DNA of 64,000 nucleotides from the NCBI GenBank assembly GCA_000002445.1, contig AE017150.2, positions 384,001-448,000 of the forward strand. The letters run 5' to 3'. Below, one piece after another: positions 10,391-19,882 of this stretch (positions are counted from its first letter, which is position 1; every line of letters starts with the position of its first letter). This stretch comes from Trypanosoma brucei (Eukaryota). Under the pieces are notes generated by a model, which ran no database searches, was not told the DNA's origin, and saw nothing but the letters and a program-made list of their open reading frames with translations. Position numbers and translations under genes: made by a program.

Positions 10391-12956
10391 CTCACCTCTC
10401 TGGAGTGGCGAAAAATGAATAGTATAATTATTGAAGTTTCCAATCTTCAGCAGAACGCAATATTCAGTGAAAGCAAGCTGATCTCTTTCCCAATATCTGA
10501 TAATAGAAAATAAAAATTTAGTGTTTATATGTTACACTCAATTCCATTATCAATCGTAGAGACAATTATAATTTAAGCAAGGTTGAAACGCTGACGGCAC
10601 AACTTCCAGTAGATGGTAATCGCCTTGGCTCCACGCATTTGCCATCCATCCGCTCACGTCACGTTTCCCCTTTCAGGCTCTTGCATGCTTCCTGTGTTTA
10701 CGACCCTCACATCTCGGTAGTGGGGAATCACTTCCCTTACGGCTACCATTACTTTCAGGTGCGATATTACTGGCGGGGGAAGTTTTGTTTTCGTCGTGGC
10801 TTCCAGCTTTATTTTCTATATTGGTGGTTGTTTCGAGTACCAGTAATGAAACTAGTTTAGTTTCAAATTTTAATGAGCTTTATACGTGCGCACAAGTTGC
10901 AGATGGGTTTGATGATTACTTTCCCTTGTTCCTGGATTCAGTGACCTGCTGAGTTAACTGGTAAATTTCGCTTCCTGTTTCCTTCAAACACTTCTCCCGC
11001 GCCCTCAATACGTTCGCCCTGCTTTCTCCCTGGTCGAAATCAAGCATTTACTTTGTCCCGTTGTTACTGCAATGAAGATGCTATTCGCAAATTCCCACTG
11101 TGCCGCCGGCTTTACCGGCACGGCCTCGAATACGTGCAGTTTTCCATCGTTCGAATACATGTAGGACGTGCTCTTCAGAGCTGTGCAAAAGTCTTTTGTG
11201 TTGGTCACAGCAGTGCAATTCGTGCTTGCTGGATCTCTTGCTTTCGGTTTAATACACGCCTCCTTGAAGTCCATCTTTTTGCGCCGGATACTTTAATATC
11301 CAGTTCTCCGTCTCGCTGTTGTGCGCATTTGCTGCAAGAGACTCTTTTGTTAGGCTCCCCCAAGGTCCTTGTCGCCCACATTAGCACAGGTTGGGGCTCA
11401 GGTCCAATCCGCCCCACGTTCCTGGTTGGGCGCATCCTTGCTCTGAGCTCTGATTCCCTCCTGCTGGGACGCCGTTTGCTTGTTTGCTGCCATATTTTGA
11501 GCGAACAGAACCACCGTGATTTTTCGCTCTAGTTCTTCGCTATTGAAAGATCTTTTTTTTTTGATCTTTTAATATGTGTAGCTGGATACGTTAGCTTTTC
11601 CTTTCATTCCTCAATCAGAGATTTGTTTTTTCCTCTCTCCGTCTCCCACGGGTGCCTGCTGTTTCCTCCAAAAAATGTCAGTCAGATTTCATTCCTTCCA
11701 GTTCCGTCCCACTCACCATGTTGTGGATACTATTCGTTCACTACGGTTTCTCTTCTTCCTGAAACACCCCACTGCGCTTTTGATAGGCGTGCTGCCCTGA
11801 CCTTCATAGCGACTTTGTTTTTTAGTCGTTTCCGCCTTATTGATGTTGACCACCCCTTTCCGCAATGCTATCGGTATGCGCATTGCATTAAACTCCACGC
11901 TGTTGATTATGTCTGCAGTTCTCAGTTCCTCTGCCACGGCCGTTGATGACACCACCATTAGAGCAACATCATGATTCACATCTTCTGTTTCCCCTAACCC
12001 TAGCAACTGCCTTCTCAGCTAATGCTTGTAAATAACCACATCCACAGTGGAACCCATATGCTGCTCAACAGGAATAACGTACGGTTCCGGCAGGTAAACA
12101 CACCCATCATACTTCTCTTTTCAATGCATTTATCCAACCAATATTTTCCTTCCGATTATACGCACAACCCCACAGTTATCCAGTTAGCAAATGAGGAATA
12201 TTGTTGGAATACGTTTCTATACTGCTGCCAAAGCTTCAGTAAGGTAATGAATGGGATTGCTAGGACCCGTTATTACATTTGGACGACTCTCCGCCTCTGC
12301 CCATAAATATAAAGTATAAACTTGTCGTCCCTGAGGCCCACTTCAATTGAACGTAAATAAATAAATGAATATATGCTTCTATCTGTAACCCTCAAAAGAG
12401 CATACACCGCACATGTGTTTCCAACTCATCGAAAAGCTCTGTTTAATAACACGTTTTTTTTTAAAAATTCCCTATTAATGCCACAATCCCATTAAATCTA
12501 CGTGCCACTAAATTTTATGATAAAGTAACTTCAAACACCCAAATGACAAATTAACCCTCAGACAATGAATATCTTAACAATATTCTGTCCTAAGCCCACG
12601 AGTTAAAATCTCACCAACAGTTAAAAATTACAACCCCACGCCAACTTCGAATGACTTCCCGTGGGAACTACAATTTCTGCATAACTTTTCCCGTGTTGGC
12701 TATTCTCCTCCCTACATTAACACGCCAAGCTCCAATTATTTAACTCCCGAGGCTGCAAACAGCATGGACATTTCAGACAAGATGGTGGAAGTTAATGTCC
12801 GGTACAACAATTAGCAATCGGCTTGTTGTGCTAAAAGATTTCAGACCTTCCATGTTTGCATTGAAACTTTTGGGAAAGGTAAGTCGCCGTAACGGTGATG
12901 TAAACATTAGGGGTAAATCACCGGCATGGCGACTGCCTTATGAAAATAAATAATAT

Positions 12957-12984
12957 ATATATATATATATATATAAAATACGGC
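12957..12984. repeat. (TA)n microsatellite
   Basis: ATATATATATATATATATATATAAAATA is visible in the sequence. Confidence 0.9.
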
Positions 12985-13192
12985 CTCGCAGGCTAAATTC
13001 CTAACAACTCCCGTGTCATTTAGGATGAGGATTGATATCCTCACCTCAGTTTGCGAAGCAGCTGAGGCAAATACGTTTAAACAAAGAAACATTTATTCAA
13101 TTGTTCTCTTGCTGACTGACTGACAGATGCTCACTGAATGGGGCAAAACAACAAGAACAAGAACAAGAACAATAATAATAATAATACCGTCG

Positions 13193-13467
13193 CATCATCG
13201 TTTCAGAATATGTTGATGAAACTCCACCTCTTCAGCGGGGCGAGGAACGCACACGTTCCACCCACTAAGTTCCATGAATAATAGGAACCATTCTTCTGCC
13301 AAACATTTCCAGTAAGAAGAGAGTGGCGCAAATATTATTCATTGAATTGAGTTCGCATAAGGTCCAGCATGATGAAAGACGTTGCCCCATTCGAAGAGTG
13401 CAATAGCGCGTCGCACTTTAAACCTAAGCGCGTGTGACTTTCCGCCGACGCCGCCTCAGTTTTGTGA
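13193..13467 (+). repeat. 275-bp dispersed direct repeat, copy B
   Basis: It is identical to copy A except for 2 positions. It is immediately preceded by (AAC/AAG)4(AAT)5 triplet repeats (13147..13188) and immediately followed by an A11 run (13469..13481). Confidence 0.9.
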
Positions 13468-14869
13468 TTAAAAAAAAAAACGACGTTGAAAGTTTTGATG
13501 ATCGAGCTGTTAAGCACTGAGGTTCCTTTTGGTGAAATATATCTGAAACAATCGATAACAGCAGAAAATAAATGATATGCCTGACAAAATAAACGGAAGC
13601 ATGTGATTCCGTTTATCTTCAAAAGGCATTGCTTTGAAGTACACGGCAGTTTGCATAACACCCCCCCCCCACCCCTCTGCAACCCGGTTGCTGAAATGGT
13701 GATGTTTATGGAGTCGCCGAAGTCGTTTGCTTTTGAGGTGTCTCCTCGCCACGGAAGGAAATAATAATAATAATTAAAAAAAAAAAAAGAGGACTTGTAC
13801 AACCGCATCGGGTAAAACGCATAAAGTACCTTCTAAATGGACAGCTGCTTCATGTTTTGCATTTGGGAGTGAGAAAATGTGGATACGGCAATAAAGTCGT
13901 GAAAGGCTCTACGGAAAGTAAAAGAGGTTTGTAACGGTGCGAAAATGCATTGCATTGGCGCAGGCAAGAGACAGACCTTCCACGAATAACTCGTCTATGA
14001 GAATGGTTTTGTACCTTCTCTTTCTTTCTTTTTTTTTTTTAAATTACCCCATACGGTTATTAGTGAGAAACTCACCACGTCAAATACGCTGCTGCGTAAA
14101 GCATTCCCCTCCCCCCACCGTTGGTGTTTCAGCGGTACTGATATCTTCCATAGTTAAAGGCAAGATATCCAGAGATTGTTGGAGGTGTGTGTGTGTGTGT
14201 GTGCAAATCGAGTAAAAATAATAATAATAAGAAACGATATATCAAGTCCTTCCATTCCCTTTCTCGACACTAATGTGCAAACACGACTGCATGTTACACT
14301 TTTATCCGTGCATATCATCAATCCACTCCTTTTTCATTTTTTTTTTTTAAACTGAAAGAGTTCTACCTTCCCCTTTAATTTTAAATATTCGATTGGTTCT
14401 GATTTGTTTTGGACATTACCCGCGCTTAAATGTGAAGAACAGAGAGAACAGAAGAGAACTGTGGCTGCGTGTGTGTATGTGTGTATGTGTGTGGACAATT
14501 TACCATTAGATAAGTTCCTGAGGTACACCCAGTGGAGAAGAAACAAACATCATTGTTGATAAAGCGAGCATGCAAATTCACATTTACATATGCCTTGTAC
14601 AATGGTAACAGTAGCAAAGAAGAAGGAAAAAAAAAGGGAGGGGGGGGGGAAAGATGTGCCAACAAATAGTCGATGCCGTTTTTTTTCTTAAAAAAAAAAA
14701 CAACAACAAGAACAACAGTACAAAGTTGCCCACACGCACGAAAATGGACATCATCCAGCCGATTCAATGTTTCGTTGCAACTTCCTCCCACCGCGATTTG
14801 GACAACCATTTGAGGGTTGTGTGATTCTTTGGATTTTCAAATTACATACATTTTGATCTTTTGTTTTCT

Positions 14870-17806
14870 TCAGCTCCCCGTGTGTGTACCACTCGGCCGA
14901 GTTCTTTCGTAGGGGAGTGGTGGAAAGGACTCCACCTGACGCCGGTTATATCTGCTAGGTGTGTAATCCAACGAAGTATTATAACGAACCGTTTCAGTCT
15001 CCACTACATTATTTTTAAGTTTTGGTAAGCCACCCTGTACCCTACTGGGCCCTTGCCTGAGATTGTTTTGGATTCCTCTTCCCGTTTCTGCGCGACTTAA
15101 CCCGAGACCACGCTGAGACCAGGGTTGTTGATCGTGCGTGTCTGCCTGTAGTTTCTGACGCATCAGCCGCGACCCCAACGTTGTTTCGGTCCCTGTCGAA
15201 ACTCTGTCACACCGTAAAGGATGGTGCAGCGTCGGTATTTGAGAACTTAGGGAAATCGGTTCATTCTTTAATTTGTACAACTTCCGTGGATCTACAGCCG
15301 CCACCTCCGTGACAAATGACGGTGGCTCCGGTCCACTCGAAGCCGCGGTACAATCCAGTGCTGCATTTGGAGAGCCGCTGTTCTTCGTATGCGCTTGGAC
15401 GAGAACGCGGATAATGTTACGAAACTCCGTGCGCTCCGCCTCGTACAATGCCAACCTCTCCTGTAAATCGTAGATATGCTCCATCAGTTTTTTCTCCAAT
15501 GCCGTCTCCTGCGTGCTGTGGAATTCCTGTTGCATTGTCTCAGACTCCGTAGCGAAGGCCTGCTGCCCTTCCCCCTCATCCGCTGCGAATTTCGGTGTGC
15601 TTCCCGGACGTACCACCGAATACGTGGCTGTCGACGCCTCACCGCAACCGTCACGTAGTTCCGTAAGGATTTCTTGCCTTACGGAGGCTGCTGCTTCTCT
15701 AGCCTTTGTTGTTATGGTTGAACACGCTTCATCCAAACTAACCGCGATTTCCTCGCGAAGCATCTTGCGCATGTCCACGAGAATTGCTGCGGTTTCTACA
15801 CTCCGGGCCCGGGGAGGTGAGGGAAAAATCATAGTGGGATCCTCGCGTCCTACCCTTCCTTCAATTTCCCCGGTAGATGACAGACGGCTGGTGGCCCGCG
15901 GCGGATGTGGTGACTGCCGAAGTCGTGTGGTTTTGTAGTCGCCTCGCGGGGCCTTAATGACCTTTTGAATCTCCGTTGCTTTCCTCATCTCACGATTTTT
16001 TAATGCTCTCATTTTCTTCTTGAGTAGTTCCTCATTTCTGCGCAGCATTTCTTCATTTCGCTGAAGGATTTCTTCGTTCCGCCTCAGCATATCCTCATTC
16101 TTCCGCTGCATATCCTCATTCTTCCGCTGCATCTCCTCATTTTTCTGTTGCATTTCCTCGTTCTTCTGGTGCAATTTCTCGTTCTTTTGGTGCATTTCCT
16201 CGTTTCTCCTGAACCTCTCCTCGTCGATCTCAAGCAAACTTTTGCTCCCACCGACAGCGTCATTGACTGTGATCCCCTTATTTCCGGCATCCTCCAGCAC
16301 TTCCTCACGTAATGGATAAGTTTTTTTGTCCTCCTCCGAGTCCTCTCGTGCATTTCCCTTGGGGATGTCTTCACTTTGTTTCGTCTCCTCAGCACCTTCT
16401 CTAGTTATGTCTGCTTCAACTGTCGCTGGCTTCACATCATCTTTATCTTCCGGTACGTCCTCACTGACCTTTAGGACATCAACAGTTTCCTTGAAGGCAA
16501 CCTCTTTTGGCTCTTTGTCATCTTCATCTTCATCTTCATCTGTTTCCTTCGGCACCTCCTCGACTTTTCCGGACCCCTCCCCTTCCATATCTAATGAACT
16601 TCCATCCTTCTGTGGAAACTCCACAGTTTGCTTGTGTGCTGCCCCAATTCTCACCGGTAGATCCTTCAGCCCCTTGCAGAGTCGCTTTCCCACCACTACA
16701 CTTCTATCTTTCTTTATTGCCCTTCTTCCTTTTCCAATACCCTCGCTGCTTCTAAGGGAGCCATCACTACTTCTACGCGCATCCGTATCTTGATGAAAAT
16801 ATTTGATCATACCTACTTCGGGTGTCAGCCTTTCCTCATGGATTTTTGGAACGTCGTCGCCGTCATCCTTCTGCTGCTTCGGGGTTTCTTCAACAACTAA
16901 ACTTTCTTCCTCTTCCTTCTTGTCGTCATTTGGGACCTCATCTCTTCCTCTGAGAGTTTCTTCCACGTTGGTTAACATATCCGCATTATGCCGAAGCATG
17001 CTCAGGTTACTTTTTAGCATATCCACATTACACTTCAGCATTTCTACACCGCTTTTCAGTATTTCCTCCTTATCCCTCGGTGTCTCTTCGTACGAGGTGA
17101 GCACATCCACATTTTGCTTCAGCACCTCTTCATCTTTCTTCAGCACTTCTTCGTTCATCTTTAGTGTCTCCTCAGTGCTTTTTGGCATCTCTCCAGCTTT
17201 TTTGAGAATCTCCTCGTTGTTTCTGAGCATGTCCGAAGTATTCTGTAGCATGTCAACGGCATTTTTAATCATTTCATCGACAACTTGTGCTGTATCCATG
17301 CTACCCTCAGAGGCTGCTATAGTACTGGCTTTAGTCCCTGGTCGCTCACTCACTGAAGTTTGCGAATCTAATGCACTTTCATCCCGCGCATCATCGCCGT
17401 ATTCGCGTCCAAAAGTAGACATAACATTTGTACCGCTTGTATCCCATGAGAATTGTTCCGTTGGCAACATTCTATTATCTGTTTGGGGGAGTGAACAAGC
17501 GCTACTTGTCAGAGCGGAGGAGGTTCTGTTCAGTACTGGTGTCGGTGTCGTCTGTTCAACATCACGTTGAGTTCTACTTGGAAAACTTCGCGGTTGTGAT
17601 GTGGCGCTTCGCAGCTGATGTCCATCTGAACATGGAGTTGCATTCCTTCTCACCTCGTCCCACACAATGTTCACACTTTGCTGCAATTCATTGAGGCGGC
17701 GGCTAATATGACTCCTCATGTTACGTAAATAAGACTCCAACTGAAAGCAATGCATGAGCGAGTCCGGAACGGGAACAAGTTCATCCATTTCGGGTTTCAT
17801 TGTCAT
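14870..17806 (-). CDS. Large repeat-containing hypothetical protein (978 aa) with two arrays of degenerate ~8-aa repeats, predicted coiled-coil
   Basis: The ORF is uninterrupted. Array 1 is 'NEEMHQKNEKLHQKNEEMQQKNEEMQRKNEDMQRKNEDMLRRNEEILQRNEEMLRRNEELLKK', encoded by 24-bp tandem DNA repeats at ~16028..16212. Array 2 is 'VDMLQNTSDMLRNNEEILKKAGEM...VEMLKCNVDMLKSNLSMLRHNADMLTNVEETLRG' at ~16968..17280. The flanks are acidic and Ser-rich. Confidence 0.7.
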   Translation of the reverse strand: MTMKPEMDELVPVPDSLMHCFQLESYLRNMRSHISRRLNELQQSVNIVWDEVRRNATPCSDGHQLRSATSQPRSFPSRTQRDVEQTTPTPVLNRTSSALTSSACSLPQTDNRMLPTEQFSWDTSGTNVMSTFGREYGDDARDESALDSQTSVSERPGTKASTIAASEGSMDTAQVVDEMIKNAVDMLQNTSDMLRNNEEILKKAGEMPKSTEETLKMNEEVLKKDEEVLKQNVDVLTSYEETPRDKEEILKSGVEMLKCNVDMLKSNLSMLRHNADMLTNVEETLRGRDEVPNDDKKEEEESLVVEETPKQQKDDGDDVPKIHEERLTPEVGMIKYFHQDTDARRSSDGSLRSSEGIGKGRRAIKKDRSVVVGKRLCKGLKDLPVRIGAAHKQTVEFPQKDGSSLDMEGEGSGKVEEVPKETDEDEDEDDKEPKEVAFKETVDVLKVSEDVPEDKDDVKPATVEADITREGAEETKQSEDIPKGNAREDSEEDKKTYPLREEVLEDAGNKGITVNDAVGGSKSLLEIDEERFRRNEEMHQKNEKLHQKNEEMQQKNEEMQRKNEDMQRKNEDMLRRNEEILQRNEEMLRRNEELLKKKMRALKNREMRKATEIQKVIKAPRGDYKTTRLRQSPHPPRATSRLSSTGEIEGRVGREDPTMIFPSPPRARSVETAAILVDMRKMLREEIAVSLDEACSTITTKAREAAASVRQEILTELRDGCGEASTATYSVVRPGSTPKFAADEGEGQQAFATESETMQQEFHSTQETALEKKLMEHIYDLQERLALYEAERTEFRNIIRVLVQAHTKNSGSPNAALDCTAASSGPEPPSFVTEVAAVDPRKLYKLKNEPISLSSQIPTLHHPLRCDRVSTGTETTLGSRLMRQKLQADTHDQQPWSQRGLGLSRAETGRGIQNNLRQGPSRVQGGLPKLKNNVVETETVRYNTSLDYTPSRYNRRQVESFPPLPYERTRPSGTHTGS
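16028..16212. repeat. Imperfect 24-bp tandem repeat array (~8 units) inside the CDS
   Basis: The unit is TTCCTCATTCTTCCGCTGCATATC-like and reiterates with point changes. It encodes the NEEMQRKN octad. Confidence 0.8.
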
Positions 17807-18934
17807 CGCGCCGTCTGGGAGTTTGTGGACGTTGACAACTTGCGTCGCGGTGTATCAGGTTTCGTGTTCGCCTTGTGTAAAAAAACAAAACAAAACAAAA
17901 CAAAACAACAACAATAACAACAACAACAGCAGTAAATACAAACACAAACGACCGTTACCCAAACGACGGCAGATTCAAAGAAGAAAAGGAAGAGGAGTGT
18001 GTGAGAGAGAAAAGGTGGAAAGAGTGAGACGCACTTTAAAAATAAAAATAAAAATAAATAAATAAATATATATATGTGCTACCCTAAACTATATTTAAAT
18101 ATGAAAGCAGCTTGCGACCTTTTGTTTTGTAGTTTTCTTTTTCGTGTGTGTGTGTGTGTTTGTTTGTTTGTTTCACTAGCCTTGTTTTGTATACTTTTGT
18201 AACAATATAATAAACGTGAAAAGTTTCTAAACCCCCTTTCTTTTCTTCTTTTTTTTTCCTCTTTTTGCTTTTGTCTTGGCTCCACGACACCCAAAACCGT
18301 TTATCGGCCCCGTGATGTCTGCAACTGTATTGATGTTAGTGAAACGAACGACCGAAAGAAGACGAATGCAAGAAAAGAATATATAAATACGAAGAAGATA
18401 AATAAATATAAAACACACACCTACACACGAACAGATAAGCAAATGACACAACAATGGAGGTATGACGGAGTTGCATTTGTAATGCATTCAAAGGGGAAAA
18501 AAAAACAAAAAGAGATATGCCCTTCTTTATGTAATAGCGCCAATTCGACACACTATTCACGCACACACACAAAAAAAAAACGCAAAGCAACAAAAAGAAA
18601 ATATAAAGGAAGAGATAGAAATACAGAATATACAGAGAGATACTTAATGAAAGCTCATTCAAAGTTATGAGAAATAAGAAGCAAAACATCCGGTGGTTGC
18701 CTCTGCTTCTTTTCTTCTTCTCTTTTTTTTTTTTTTACTATCCGTCCCTTGTTGAAAATTATAACTCCATTCACTGTATGAATTTTAGTCAGTTGCATGT
18801 GTTCTGCTAAAGCGATGTGATTTATGAAATGAAGAACTTCCCTTTTTTCCCTCTCTTTTTTTTTTATAAAAAAAGATTACCCGCATTTGGCTCCTCACGT
18901 TCATGCGTTAAAACCCTCCTTTTCGGATATAACG

Positions 18935-18935
18935 T

Positions 18936-18978
<43 letters not shown>
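18935..18978. repeat. Compound (CA)n(TA)n microsatellite
   Basis: ACACACACACACACACACACACACACATATATATATATATATA is visible in the sequence. Confidence 0.9.
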
Positions 18979-19882
18979 AAGTATATATGTTTGCTTCTTC
19001 AGTCTAACCTTAGCTTGCATTTATTCCTTAAATGGTCACTTGAGTGGCACGAAACATTTTCTTTAGAAAAGTGACTGGGAAGTCAAATGAAGAAAAAAAA
19101 AAAAGAAGAGGAACATTTTTTTTTCTTTTCTTTTCTTTAGAAGGGAAGTGTAGCAACACATCATTCGGTATATATATCATAAACATTTACATATGCTGGT
19201 TCCATTCCAGTAGCCTCAATGGTAAGTTAGAATAAGAAGGGAACTGAGAAATAGAGGGGGAGAAAAAAGAAGAAAGGGAGGAGAACAAACAATCCGACAA
19301 GCAAAAATAAGAAGGTAAGAACGAAACGGGAGGGAACGAAATGAAAACAAAACGAAGCAAAATGAGGGGCGGCAGCAAAAAAAAAAAAAAAGCGGTTACC
19401 ACCACTTCTTCTCAACGCATTTCAACAGAGACACCGGTGCTAAACATTACAAGTCACTTATATTCTTTTTTTTTTCCCCTCCTCCTCCTTCCTTTCTTTT
19501 TTTTTTTGCATAAAATTTACGTGCTCACAAAGCTCCTTTCGTATAATTTACCCGTCGCCTCTTACGACAACATGATTACCGGAAGCAAAGCAAGAAAAGG
19601 AGCAAAGGAAGGAAGAGGGGAAACAGAAGATCAGCACGTCCCAAGCAACATAAAAAAAAAAATGGAAAGAAAGAAAGGAAAGGAAGGAAAGAGAGCAAAA
19701 CACAAAACAAACGCTTTCCATAAACCTTCACAGCCCTTGAAGGTGTGGATAAAAGGAAAGACAAGTCGCCCATACGAACAAACACACAAGCACACACAAG
19801 TACGATCATACATATATGTACAAATACTTTGTTTTTATTATTATTATTATTTTCTCTTATAATAAAATAATAACCAAATGTA

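Noticed and set aside
13147-13190. VSG 70-bp repeat
   Set aside because: Only the triplet-repeat half is present. The characteristic GT-rich half is absent. In its sense orientation (plus) there is no downstream VSG, because the VSG-like gene is on the minus strand 2.8 kb away.
13335-13808. 157-aa minus-strand ORF overlapping repeat copy B
   Set aside because: It runs through a dispersed repeat, a C10 homopolymer and A-runs. The composition is spacer-like, and the ORF is most likely spurious.
13661-14650. Long homopolymer G/C runs (C10AC4 at 13661..13680, G10 at 14640..14650; also G12 at 36413..36425) as G-quadruplex elements
   Set aside because: They are single isolated runs without four spaced G-tracts. 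They are more likely slippage-prone homopolymers, or assembly-sensitive sites, than structured G4 motifs.
15273-17570. Plus-strand ORFs (141, 155, 255 aa) overlapping the 978-aa repeat protein gene
   Set aside because: They are antisense frames kept open by the biased, Ser/Leu/Phe-rich reverse complement of a Glu/Lys/Asn-rich repetitive CDS. There is no independent support.
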